A stretch of 64,000 nucleotides of DNA, taken from NCBI RefSeq assembly GCF_009914755.1, contig NC_060927.1, one strand, 5' to 3'. The notes below the pieces were generated by a model. It was not told the origin of the DNA. It saw only the letters and a program-made list of their open reading frames with translations, and searched no databases. Position numbers and translations under genes: made by a program. The stretch comes from the human T2T-CHM13v2.0 reference genome, Homo sapiens. Positions 1 to 14,429 of this stretch are shown in pieces (position 1 is the first letter of the stretch; each line of letters begins with the position of its first letter).

Positions 1-190
1 CAGTATGGAAAGTTTTTTTAGGCATCTTTTCTGAAGTGCATCAATATACCCCTGAAAGTCTTGAGAACTGTGCTTTTTTTTTGTTTGTTTGTTTTGTTTT
101 TCTCTGTATTGCTTTCAGATACATGGTACGGACACATAGTAGGGCGTTATATCTGTAAATGCCATAAACTGTTTCTGATCAAAACTCAAA

Positions 191-503
<313 letters not shown>

Positions 504-1079
504 TTATTCTGTCAGACGTTAAGCACACTCCACTAATTTTGGAACATAAAATGCTTTATTTTTTCCCTCTACCCAATAAAGTTCCGTGTTTCGACTAATA
601 ACATGTAGTAGACAGTCCATTACATGGGAAGCAGGCAGATCCCCCCACAAAATAATTCAGCCCACAAATACCTTTTCAGCAGGTTTGCATAAATTAAGCA
701 TTCTCTACTCCTAATAAAGTTTCTTTGCATCAGAGCCAGTCACTTGACTAGACCTCTAAGATATTGTTGAAGAAAACTACTGTGAAACTAACAGTCACTG
801 GAAAGAGATAAGGTAATCAATTTCCCTGTGTGCCTTGGAAGATGTCTCTATCTTCATAGTCACCCTTCCATTAAATTGGTTACATTATTTTTACAGTGCA
901 GGATTGCGTGTTAATGCTACATTAGTTGTTCTTTTACAGTTTTACATGAATAAGAAGAAATTGGATGCAAACACAGAATACCTATGTCTTGGAAGCCCTC
1001 AAACATAAGTTTCATTTCTGTTTACAACACTTAAATCTTGGGATAAACAGCCAATGCACTTAATACCTTTAAGCCCTAA

Positions 1080-1190
1080 CCTTCTCCTCAGGAAAAAGAG
1101 ATAATACCAGTCTCACATAATTGTTATGAATATGGAATTAAAACACAGGTGCAATGCTAGGCATGGAGTAGGTTTCAGTAAATGCTGCTT
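1080..1190. mobile_element. MIR fragment (degenerate)
   Basis: Resembles the MIR core (ataatacc..ctcacat..ttgttatga...gcatggagtagg..tcagtaaatg). Confidence 0.5.
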
Positions 1191-4100
1191 TTTACATTAC
1201 CTGTAGGTATGAACTGTTCTCTCCAGGTACATGGTTCTGGAAAAGGTGATGTAAACATTGTAGTTCAATGTGCCTGGGTTTTCAAAGGCAACAAAATGTG
1301 TGCCGCTGTCTAAGATGTAACAATCTCAGGGAACTAACTCCCTTTCCCACCCTCTTCCCAATCCCTCACCTTTTTAGGTCTCATTTTTTTGCATGTTATA
1401 AAAAGGACACAATTATCCTGAATGAGTATCTCAAGGCAATCAATGAAATTCTAAAAAGTAACTCCAAAGGGTTAATGGAATATGTAATTATCTCTACTAA
1501 GAAATAGGGTGATGGTTTAAATTCATATGTAAACATACACACATACCCTCGGCGTGTCCATTTTAACACACACAAACACAACAATTCTCTCTCCTCCTTC
1601 TCCCTCCCACTCCCCGCTCCGCCCCCACCATCCTCTCCACACTTCTAGGGTAGCAACACTGAATACAGATGGCCAAGTCTGAGGTTATGTGACATTTCCA
1701 GATAAAGTGAACAAAAATGGCAGAGATTCTTCTATTGTTCTTCCTTATGGTCCACATTCCTAATGTGTCCCAGTTATTTATACTATGAGTGTTTTATATT
1801 TGCCAACTATAAGCAATCCATCTTAATATTTCCAATACGCTATTTTCTCATCTTTTCTCCCATTCTTCCTGTCCTCTAAAAGGACAGGAAGAGAGAATTT
1901 CTTCCTCTTAAATGGATTTAATCATTGTATTCCTTTTATTGCAATTCATCTTCCAAGTTGAAAGTAAAGTTTTAGCATAACATAGTGAAGAAAAAAAATG
2001 GTTATCTCTATATTTATAAATTAACCATTTTAAAGAATGTAAACCTGTTATAGTGCATCTTGAAGTTTTGGGATATTTTATTTTCATAACACCATTAAAT
2101 ACTACTATATATTGCTGTGGTATCTGCCCATGAGATTGTTCCATATGCTTGAGAAGTTTCTTCCCACCTTCACTGGGGGAGGGGAATATTTTTGTGTTTC
2201 TGACATACAAATGTCAGTGAATATACAAATCTGAAACTTTATAGAGGCAAGTTTTTAAAAATATTTTTATTCTTAGAAAAATATTTTTTATTAAATAAGA
2301 TAGAACTCATTTTATGTGAAAATCAAATATATAAATGTTTCTATACAATTACAAATATTTATGTCTTTATAGTTTCAAAAAAGAGGATTCTTTTAAGATA
2401 TTTAAAAAACTCATTCAGTCAAGTTTTGTTGATCCCCTAAGCACTTATTTATCATGGTGTTTATGTTTTCCTTGAGAAATCCATTCTTATCTATTTAGGG
2501 AATAAATTTCAGGATACCTTAAGTAGAAACCCCCTTTCCATCTTAGAACAAATACTTACCATAAACATAAAAATAAATAAAAAACAGACCCTAAAATTGC
2601 ACTAACTCTTACTTTATTTTTCTGTTACCTGATAAATGTCTGTCTGCCATGAAATCACTCAAAGCAAATATTGAATACTTTTAAATGATAAACTTCTCCT
2701 AGTTGGTAATATTATGTGATAATAAAAATCCAATGTATAAATTATATATCATAGGTTTTTTTTAAATCCATTGGCTTTTTAACAATAATATTATCACATA
2801 AGTCATAGTAATAAATTTCGAAAAATAAAATGGGATGGAAAGCTGATAGGATGATATGAAATATTAAGGTGTGAATTTGAAAGCTGAGTTAATTCCTCAG
2901 AATAGAAATGTATGTTAATTTAAAATAAATTTATCTAAACAGTAAAGCCAATTTAAAGGACTTATAATAAAATGCAATGATGTCACCATTTTTCAAAGTT
3001 CCAGTTTGTCATCTTTTATTTGCAGAGTGGATAATCAACAATATAACTAAGAGAGCAAATAATTGCACATTGTATTTTGCAGCATCCACAGAAATTTGTC
3101 GTTTATCCCTCTAAATTTTCCGCTCCGTTTTCATTTAAAATCCTGGATTTAAAAAAGTGCTATCTTCTGTATACATCTTACCAAGTGGGGATGCAATTAC
3201 TTAATCTGGAAAGTGTGAAAATTCATGTTAGTGGACTATCAAAATTTTCTGTCAATTATAAATTTCCTCCATGTTGCATGTTTTTGAAGGGAAAAAAGCA
3301 AGAAGAAAAAGGAAGCTCTTAGATCAGTGAAATGGAAGTAAGAACAAATAAAAACTGTGGTGAGTGGATGTTTGTGCATCTGTATGTGTGTGTGTAGACA
3401 GAGTGAGAGACAGATATGGATATGCAGATGTTTGCCCCACATAGAGTGTGCAAGTGTGCAATGTATTTACATACGTTACATGTACATAACTGCACGCACA
3501 TGCACCCAAACCTCAAATTATACAAACACACATATTCTTTGACTAAGATATTTTGATTTTTTATTGTGTATGTGCAATAATTTTACTTCTAAGAACCTTT
3601 TCGTTTTTAAGTTTATGAAATAAGTGATCAAGTTAATGTTTGATGAATAAGAAAGTACAAACAACAACAAAATTATATATACATTTTTATCCTGCCTTTT
3701 TCCTGTAAAAATATTATGAGCATCTTTCCATGTGAGACACTAATACCATTATACAAATGTATGAGAATAGCATAACTTATTTATAAAAATGTGTGAACAT
3801 AGCATAATTTATTTAGCTGCTTTTCTAATTTAGGTCATCACACTTTTTTTCTAATTTGCCAATTTTATAAATAGTGTTGCTCATATAACTTTGTGTAGAT
3901 GAACATACCTAGGACCTAAGTGTTCTTCCTACATTCATGTACAATATTGATCCTTTAGAAATTACAGCATCTAGGTTTTCATCATTTCTATCTCAGACTC
4001 CTTCTCTGGGTGGCATTGGACACTCCAAAATTCAATTTATGGTGGTAATTCTGTTCATCTAAAATTAAATTATAAAGGTGGATATTTGATTGGTAACCAA

Positions 4101-5932
4101 ACCTCATGTTCTAGTTATGATTCCAAATCAGCCTAGGAAATGCTAATTTATAGTAAAGAGTATTCAGATGTAGTAGTGATTTAGCATCTCCAAAACTCCT
4201 TTCTAGGAGTTTTCCTATACATTCCAATGCTGTTCTGATATTTAACAAAACAAACAAACAAGCAAACAAAACACTTCAGAAAAGCTTTTCAGCACTATTC
4301 TGAAAAGCTTCTCCAGGCTGTCTGCTAATATATCCTGAGTATAGAGTTGAGCTTTATGCATTTTGACATTCACCTTAATAACATCTTCATAAATAAGACT
4401 TTCTATCCCATTCTCGCTCTGGCCCTTCCCACATAATCGTCTGCTCATTACATGCATATTCTGTTAATTGATCTCATTCTCTGAGCACTGATCATGAAGA
4501 ACGGAAAACCCAACTAGTGCTACTCTTAGGACATACAGTTCCTTGAAAGTGGACAGCCAAAAAGCTGGCAAAACACCACCATCCTCAGGACCAGAAGCTG
4601 TTTTAACATTCTCTTTGTGGCGAATGTACATTGGACATATTTTAGTGTTACTGGCACCTGTCTTACTAAATCTGATGCAATAACAACAAACACAATAAAG
4701 CCTTGTTACTAAGCTATCTTTGAGCCATACTGGATTGTGATTGATTTTGCTGTGTTTAATGGTGTGGTGGCATTTTGCCTTAGGCCTTTTTTATAGAACA
4801 GTGGAAGGAACAGAAGAAGGAAACACTTGATCACTTTGTAAATGCTGCACATTGCAGGCAGAGTTTAATGACTGAACGTAGCCACTTCCAGTGTATTGAA
4901 ATGCCTGGGCCTTGCCTCAACGCATTGTACCTCTATTCAGATGGCAAAGAATAGAGTTCCTGTAACATTGTGGAGTGCAGCTCATTTTGGGCATAAACAG
5001 TTGCTGTGACCTTGTACAGGCAAATAGACCCTGTCAGGCCTGGAATTGCAGGGCCAGGAAATCATCTGTTTAGTCAGTGCTGGTTCTAGTCATTAGTTTG
5101 TGTTTATGGCTGGGAATTGCTAATATAGCCCTGTGTGGAGGGAGCTAACGTCTGAATACTAAAAGAGACCTATTTACCAACAGCTTTATTTTTTTAATTT
5201 AAAGTCAATTCAAATTGAAATGAGCCTTTTAACCCTTAATTAGGACCATGTTTCTTCTAAAAGTCAACCACATTAGTCAACCGGAGACAAAATTCACTTT
5301 GCAATTGAAAGGCTGCCTTCTTTCTTTCAACAGTAGCCACCATGGTTTACTAAGTGCATTTGTTTCCCTTTCACTATGGTAACTTTACCCATTCCCTGTA
5401 TCAGCATAGTTCAAAGTCATCAATTACAACTGTGACAAAAATGTGTTTTGTGCTTTGGGAATGAGGCCAAGATTCTATCTGGAAGCTCTTCCATAATGAT
5501 TATTCATTGTATAGGTAGTGCTCATAATACTCCCTGTTTCATACTTGTTTCCATATTATTTTTCAGAGCTGGCAGTTTGCTATTTTACCCCCATATGGGC
5601 CCACAGTGTTTAGTTCCTGTTTTATTGTTTCCCCTTCATAAATATGAAATCAGCAGGTTCCCAAAATATTTCTAATTCATCCACTACAAATTGGTATTAT
5701 TTTGGCTTCCTTCTATTATCTTACTCATATTTTTAGTATTTCTTAATAGAAAATTAACATTTTGCAAAGGCCTTATCTAATTTGTTTCACTGTGGCCCAT
5801 TCTGGGTGTTTTTTAAAATAAGTTTTGGTGTTTGCTCGATAATGCACAAGCATGCCGTCACTAACTCGGCACTTAAACTTGAAGAGCTGAAGACTAGATT
5901 AGCAAGAAAAGGGTAAATAAAACCTAACTGCA

Positions 5933-6236
5933 GGCTGGGCAGGGTGGCTCATGCCTGTAATCCCAGCAGTTTGGGAGGTTGAGGCGGGGAGATCACTAAG
6001 GTCAGGAGTTCGAGACCAGCCTGACCAGTATGGTGAAACCCCATCTTTACTAAAAATACAAAAATTAGTTGGTGTGGTGGCATGCGACTGTAGTCCCAGC
6101 TACCTGGGAGGCTGAGATAGGAGAACTGCTTGAACCAAGGAGGCAGAGCTTGCAGCAAGCCAAGATCACGCTGCTAATTCCAGCCTGGGTTACAGAGCAG
6201 AGCAAGACTCCATCTCAAAAAGAAAAAAAAAAATAA
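5933..6236 (+). mobile_element. AluS, full length
   Basis: Dimeric Alu with A tail. Imperfect TSD aaaacctaactgca / aaaacctcactgca. Confidence 0.95.
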
Positions 6237-7449
6237 AAAACCTCACTGCAGACTAACAGAAGGCAAATGTGCTCTCTTTTCAGTTGTCTTTTTAATACTG
6301 TGCTTATTTTTCTTGTCATTAAAAGAGAAAATATCTTAAATTTTTAAAATTAGAAATAATTTTGATTGATGTTATCAAATTTGATTTTTATGTCTATTCA
6401 TTCCCATAAAATTCACAAACTTCCAAACATTCTTCACAATGTAAAATGTGGGAAGGGGATGACTATCATAACATATAGTTTTATTATGTTATTGGTTATG
6501 ATGAAAGTATAACAGGGAATTATTTGTTTGGCAGTCAATGTATATCATTCAGTCCATTTGACTATAAAACCAATATGCCCTTTGAATATACACTACTCTG
6601 CTAGAGGAAAGCACTGCAAAATCCATCATTTCTTTTTCAAGTATATTTGTTCTCAGCCAGGAAAGAATTTCATTTCCTTGTTCTGTTGCCATATGGCATT
6701 TTATAATTTCAATGGCTAATTTTAATCCTTAAAGCAGTGATGAACATGAAGTTAATTTGTTCTTTTATCTCCACTTAGAAAGTGTTACTAATCCTACAGA
6801 TTTGGGCATACAGGGTATTAACATTTTAAAGTGTCTAGGCTAAGAAGAGTCTTTAGAGATAACTTAGTTAACACCTGTCATTTTTTAAATGAGGAAATTG
6901 AAGTCCTGATAAGACAACTGGTTGCAAATAATTCACTCACTTTAAAAATTCATCTCATTCACTGCTAGGTGCTGGATGGTGTGCCAGATATAGGGTGCAC
7001 AAAATGAATAGGAAATAACTCCTGTCTCTGTATGGCTCAGGCTCTAATCTGGGAATACGTAATTACTTAGGGTAGAACCTTAGAGTTATTTATAGAAGAG
7101 GAAGTCACTGTCTCAAACACCTCATTAAAGTTTGAAGATACCTGATCAGTAAATCTAAGCCAACACCTATTTAATAGGAAAAGCTAGATCAAAACATGCC
7201 ATTTCCCGCTTCCTAGTCCAGTGCTTTTCCTCTAACATGCTGAAGACAACTTGAAGTATTGGGATAAAAAGAAGAAATTTCAGGAAATTGCTTAGTGAAG
7301 ATAACATATAAATGACATATAAAAACGTATCTTGCAACTCCAATTCTCAGGTGAGAAGATCCATTTATAAAATAACCATGATATGAAACTGATCTCCTTT
7401 TTAAAAGCTGGGATTTTGACTTTTATTACTATAAGACACAATAAATGGT

Positions 7450-7812
7450 TGTTTTCATTTCTTTGGGCTGCTATATCAAAATACCATAAGCTGGTTAGTT
7501 TATAAACAATGGAAATTTATTTCTCCCTGTTCTGAAGGCTGGGAAGTCCAAGATCAAGGGGCCAGCATATTCGGTGTCTGGTGAAGACTTATTTCCGGGT
7601 TCATAGGTGACACCTGCTAGCTGGGTCCTCAGATGATAGAAGGGACAAGGCAGTTCTCTGGGACCTCTTTTATAAGGGCACTAATCTCATTCATGAGGAC
7701 TCTGCCTTCATGATCTAAACCTCCCCAAGATCCCACCTCCTAAAACCAACATATTGGTCATTAGATTTCAACATATATATTTTAGGGAAACACAATCATT
7801 CACATCATAGCA
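7450..7812 (-). mobile_element. MaLR solo LTR (MLT1A-like)
   Basis: Reverse-orientation MLT1A/MST hallmarks: gggctgctat..aaataccata, gaaatttatttct, ggctgggaagtccaagatcaagg, ttttataagggcactaatc, ending catagca. Confidence 0.8.
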
Positions 7813-9119
7813 AGTGTCTAGGTCATTTTAGGAAATCGATACATGTTTGATAAAAGTGAAGGAATGAATTCAAACATTATGTGAACAAATACAATTCGTA
7901 GCAAATCCAGGATGATATCTAGTAAGGCTTGAGAAGGTGCTGCCTTCCATTTTAATTGTTATCAACTTAGACTCATGGATCATCTTACTTGAATATATCA
8001 ATATAATGTTAAAGATAAGAGTTCCTGCCACAATTAACTAGTTTAAAAATCTTCTTACAAAATGGGAGAAAGCATCTCTGGAGCCACATAAAAAGGTGGC
8101 AATTTGCTTCCACTTGAAAGATTTTAAACTATTCAATCACTCTTTGGTTTTGCTATCCTGGGGTTAAGATCCATGAATAATTTTTCCACGTGTTTGACTG
8201 ACAAGAACATTTACTACTGGATTACCTGAGGGAAGACGTAAATCAGAATTGTGTCATTTTGGCAGCAGCTTTTTGATATGTGTGTATCTGCCTTAGTTAA
8301 GTATTGATTTAATAGCTGGTCTCCACTACAGACAACCTTGACTGTATAGCTGGGGCTTTGTATTTTAAAATTTGTCTCTGGATAAATCTTTTTTCCACCC
8401 TTCTTGTCTAATCTCTTTTTTCTTTGGTATTCTCTAATAAGTTGACTGGGACTTATTTTCATTAACAAAAGGAAAGAAAGCACATTAATACATCTACTTT
8501 TTATTTCCTACTTTTATTCTCTTATATGTGCAACCTCCTTCAGCCTATAAAAATGCTTAAATGAGAGAAATGTGTAGATTGTTACTCACTAGTTTTACAT
8601 TCAAGGAAGGAAAGGAGATGTTTTCAATATACAATCATTGTCTTTGCTACTATAAGCAAAGATAACACACACACACATTCACACACAAACATAGATGCTC
8701 CTTAAAGTCTTTAATACTCAGGATGATTTTTTGAAGGATAAAGAAGACATGACAGACAGACAGGTAATTGAGCACAAGTTGATTTACTGCAAGGGAGAGA
8801 GATTGCTTATTGATGATATAAATTTAAAAATTGGCTTGTTAGAGAAAAATACATTTATAGAGATTGTTTCTTTATAAAATAATAATTTTATACATTCTCC
8901 ACTCATATTCTCAAATTCATTGAACAGTTTTGGTGGAGAATTGAGATACTACTTGGACAAGAAATGGAAAATTTACTTATATGCCTCCCAAATACAGCAT
9001 GTCACTGTCGTCCTACTCGTGAAATTGAAAAATTCCCACTGCCCTTCCAACTAAAAGGACACTTACTCATCCGCCCATACCAATGTTAGACATCAAATAG
9101 ATAGCAAATCCTAGAGAAA

Positions 9120-9430
9120 GGCTGGGTGCAGTAGCCCAAGCCTGTAACCCCAGCACTTTGGGAAGCTGAAGGGGGAGAAACTCTTAAGGCCAGGAATTCA
9201 GTACTAGCCAGGTAATATAGTGAGACCTCATCTCTACTAAAAGTTTTAAAAATTAGCCAAGCATGGTAGAATGCACCTGTTGACCCAGGCTGAGGTGGGA
9301 GGATTGCTTGAGCCCAGGAGGTGGAGGCTGTAGTGAGCTGTTATCATGCCTCTGCACTCCAACCTGGACAGTAGGGTGAGAAGAGCAAGACCCTGGCTCA
9401 AAAAAAGAAAAAAAAAAAAAGAAAAACAAA
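9120..9430 (+). mobile_element. AluJ
   Basis: AluJ diagnostics (ggaggattgcttgagcccaggag). TSD aaatcctagagaaag at 9106-9120 and 9437-9451. Confidence 0.9.
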
Positions 9431-10129
9431 AATCCTAAATCCTAGAGAAAGACATGTACGAGAGAGCATTAGCCTTTCTGTGATGTTTTCTCACTTGGAA
9501 TAGATGACAAAGTCTTGCAATTTTTAATTAAATAAAAGTTTAAATGACTATTTTTCAATTTCATATCAACAGTTTAGAATTGGTAGAAAAATAATTTGTG
9601 TTTTAAGGAAGTAATTTGCTTTCAATGATTGATTTTTATAAAATTAAAAGAAAGATTCCTTCCCTGTTCAAACTATACCATTGAATTTCTTTGTTATCTT
9701 GGGCATGCTGTCCTTTCCATTGGTGCTTCAATTGTACAGTCTATAAAATACACAGACTGATACCTACACCGATAATTTCAATAGAACTTTGATAAGATTT
9801 AATTGAGATGGTACATATAAAAGTCCTACCAAAGAAGTAAAGACATCTACAAAAATTAAAATGTTATTATAGAATCTAGCATTTTACTCTGCATATAGTT
9901 GACATTAAATGACTATCTATTCATTCGTGGTTAAAGCCTATCAGCTAGTTATCAGGTGTCAGATGTTGCAATGTCTGTCCCTAAACTGTGTGTCACTTAA
10001 CTTTCTGGACTTCAGTGACCTCAGATGTAAAACACACATACAGATCAATGTGATTTCTAAGGATCTTTTAGCTCCATTAGGCTATTATTCTATTTAATTA
10101 GCACATCTCAACTGAATTTCCTATTCATC

Positions 10130-10597
10130 TAGTCACTCAGGTATGCCGTCTGCTACAAGTAAAAGAAACCTAGGCCACAGTGACTTAAACAAACAGGGTA
10201 TTGTCTTTCTGACATTATAAGAAATCTTGAGATTGGTGGTTCCTGGATCAAGTACAGAAAACACATCATGCTGAATTTCTTGGCCTTTCACTCATGATCA
10301 CATGTAAGCTGCTGCAATTCCAGCCATAATGTCCATAATCAAGGCTGGAATAACTTGGCTTCAAGTTGTATTTGTACATCTTGTTAGAAAACAAAAAGGT
10401 ATCACAAATATTTTAATCGGACTTCTGTGTACATTTCTTTGCCCACCTTTTTGTCCATAACTTTGGCCGTTCATCTCTAGCTTCACTGGTCTAAGGAAGG
10501 AAGGATTTGGCTGGCTTCATCTGTGAGCAAAATCAGGATTCTGCTGGCAAGAAGGGAGCAGAGTTTGGGTATTGAGTACCAACACTACTTGCCATAA
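10130..10597. mobile_element. Old MaLR/ERVL-type LTR (MLT1K/L-like), degenerate
   Basis: caagtaaaagaaacc...gacttaaacaa, gctgctgcaattccagcc and a 3' ...cttgccata end resemble old MLT1 LTRs. Confidence 0.45.
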
Positions 10598-10761
10598 AAT
10601 TCTATGTAACAGTTTGTATTTTTCATGTTGATTTATTTGTATATTGAATTATGCTTCATACTGGCCACTTCTACTATCTATGTATGATCTTTCTCAAATG
10701 GCGCTCCTTCTGTGGAGTCTCTTCCAACCACCAATCACAATGAAGTGATTGCTCAGCATGA

Positions 10762-11229
<468 letters not shown>

Positions 11230-11431
11230 TAATCACTTCCTAGGTACTGCACAAATTATCAAGATTATTGATAGTATCTTGAAGGTAGCTACAGTTAATA
11301 AACCTAAAAGTTAAGAATGCTACTCAAACTAGTCACTAGACTTTATCCAATTATGACTAAATAATAACCCTGAGATAATAACAGTAAAGGATACGTAGGC
11401 ACATATACATACAGCTTCATAAATATTTGTC

Positions 11432-11743
<312 letters not shown>

Positions 11744-13254
11744 TTATAATTGTTAGGGCAGTAGAATTGACTATATGTAATGGATCTCAGTGTGACACCA
11801 AAAGTTGTTCAATACATTGGAAATTGGTCCTACAGCAGCCATTCTTGGTAGGAACTAGAAAACAGTAAGACTAGATTAATGATTGCTATCATTTTAAGTT
11901 ATTCCAGTAGTTTATTTTGGCAGTGTATTTCCCTTGTCTTATTTTAAGAAACTTTCAGTAAGAAGATAGTCTACCATGGATATATTGTATTTCTTTTCAG
12001 AAACATATTTAGTGATTATAAATATTGATTTGTTCACACAGGTTTTACTTTAATGCAAATAATCTTCTCTTCACAATATGAAGTTAATATAAGAAAATTC
12101 TAGAATGTAATGACCATCTATAGGGCCTATTCTGTATATAAGTTCTGTAAATCATCAAGTCTATTTAAGTTCTGTAAATCATCAAGTCCAAATGTGGCAC
12201 TGAAATTGAGCTTTAGAAGTTTTAGAAATTATTGACTTCCAAGGATCATCTTGAATCTAAAATTTACATCCCAAATTCCTTCTCAAATGAATTACTAGAG
12301 ACTTCTTGGAATTTTCACTATGATTTTAGTTCTCAATGTAATTATAAAAATGCATCAAAAGAAGTAATGCAGCATTTTGAATTTTCTATCAGACAAAATG
12401 AAAATAATATAGTAGAGGCAGTTTTAGGCATATCTCTGTAAAACAGTACATAGATGCTGAACCCTAAATTATAAGCTGAAATCAATGTTCGATAACCAGT
12501 TCAATAGGCTTACAAAAACCATTTTATGCAGAGATATGGCCAGAAATTAAAAAGATAACACAGTTATTAAAAGAGCTCTCATCTAGTAACAGTTCATAAG
12601 TGTATTAGTTTAAATAGGAACTGTATATCCCTCTGTATTTCAGATATAGACAAAGGAATATATTTAAATCTTTATTTTAGGCCATTGCCATAGGAGGTAA
12701 GGAAAAGTACTGTCAAGCCAGAAAAAAATATTGTAGCTCATGAAAATTATTTATCAAGAATCTTAAAAATATACGTGAAGCCATGATCTCTTCTTTCAGT
12801 TGCTTACACTTTGTGGGACGAAGTTGTACCCACAGAGCAATTAGAAAACTAGTCAATGTTAATATACTGCTTGCTGCAGTGCAGATAGTATACACATTGC
12901 ATCATGTTTTAAAAAGGGAATTACTACATGGTGACATGGTTTTGCTTTATTTTCTCCACAAATAGTCCAATGCCAAGTAAAGCTGTGAAAACACAAGCTG
13001 GAAATTTCATCATACACTAGTGCCAAAATAATCTAAATCTTGTGTGTGTGTTTTTCTTCTTAACATTTGGTGCAAATTCAAGCATTTATGTAGAAAAACT
13101 ACAGTAGGCTCTGTCATTTGCTTCTGTAAATTCTTGGAGGAAAAAACTTGATTTTTATTTATAATAAATTCATATTCGAACTTACTTAAATCTGTTTTAC
13201 ATATTTTCAAAAAAATTATCACAGACTTTTAAAAGAGAGTCATTTTGTTTGTAG

Positions 13255-13410
13255 CTTGTCGACCAGGTTTCTACAAGGCATTGGATGGTAATATGAAGTG
13301 TGCTAAGTGCCCGCCTCACAGTTCTACTCAGGAAGATGGTTCAATGAACTGCAGGTGTGAGAATAATTACTTCCGGGCAGACAAAGACCCTCCATCCATG
13401 GCTTGTACCC
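13255..13410 (+). CDS. EPHA3: EPHA3 internal coding exon (exon 4): Cys-rich/EGF-like region, (A)CRPGFYKALDGNMKCAKCPPHSSTQEDGSMNCRCENNYFRADKDPPSMACT(R)
   Basis: Acceptor tttgtag|CT at 13254/13255 and donor CC|gtgagt at 13410/13411. 156 nt, phase 1/1. Translation matches the EPHA3 cysteine-rich domain and joins in frame to the next exon (C|GA = Arg). Not captured by the ORF track. Confidence 0.97.
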
Positions 13411-14093
13411 GTGAGTAGTTTTGCTGCAACCCATGCCTCCATGTTTGTTTTGTTTTCTTCTTGTTACTGTGCTGTTTGTTTTTGTTTTAAAGCATTTGGC
13501 CCATTTCCTTCTGTTGCCCGTGTGCAAATTGAAAGCTTTCTCTGCTTCACTCCCCATGCTTGGCTCACCACAAATGCAACATTTATCACACAAAATGAAT
13601 TAAATTTTAAAGCACTTCCTGCAACACAACCCCCTGAAAGAGAGAACATTTTCTGTGTCTTGTTTAGATCCTGCATTACATATGACAGGATAGGGGAGGT
13701 TATAGACAGGGGATTTATGTTTTTACATTTCTATTCCCTCTTGCTGTATGTTGGTCATAGGTCATAGGGAAAAAGGACTAAGAGTTATAAAACTAATACT
13801 AAAGTTTTCATAACTATTCACAAGGGTTTTGAACATAGTGATGAGTTACTTTGTTAGAATTTGTGAATGTATCCTTACCTTTGAGTTAAAACTCCGCCAT
13901 TCACAGCTTGGGGAAGACAGTGTTCTTGAATCCATGTGTCTATAATATCATGGATCCTCTAAGGATGAACTGAAAGTTGATAATAAAGAAAGGATAGTTA
14001 TTTACCTCATTCAGTTCCATTGTAAATTATCTATTTCCCTTGTAGTAGAAAACAGAAGTGAGGCTCATTAATCTTTGTTGAACTACTTTGCAG

Positions 14094-14429
14094 GACCTCC
14101 ATCTTCACCAAGAAATGTTATCTCTAATATAAACGAGACCTCAGTTATCCTGGACTGGAGTTGGCCCCTGGACACAGGAGGCCGGAAAGATGTTACCTTC
14201 AACATCATATGTAAAAAATGTGGGTGGAATATAAAACAGTGTGAGCCATGCAGCCCAAATGTCCGCTTCCTCCCTCGACAGTTTGGACTCACCAACACCA
14301 CGGTGACAGTGACAGACCTTCTGGCACATACTAACTACACCTTTGAGATTGATGCCGTTAATGGGGTGTCAGAGCTGAGCTCCCCACCAAGACAGTTTGC
14401 TGCGGTCAGCATCACAACTAATCAGGCTG
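14094..14429 (+). CDS. EPHA3: EPHA3 internal coding exon (exon 5): first fibronectin type III domain, (R)PPSSPRNVISNINETSVILDWSWPLDTGGRKDVTF...AVSITTNQA
   Basis: Acceptor tttgcag|GA at 14093/14094 and donor CTG|gtgagt at 14429/14430. 336 nt, phase 1/1. Core of ORF 14075..14479 with Eph FN3 motifs (W.WP..TGGR.D..F, YTFEIDAVNGVS). Confidence 0.97.

Noticed and set aside
13324-13767. ORFs overlapping exon 4/intron 4 (136 aa on +, others on -)
   Set aside because: Alternative or antisense frames with no recognisable protein; the spliced EPHA3 frame explains the region.
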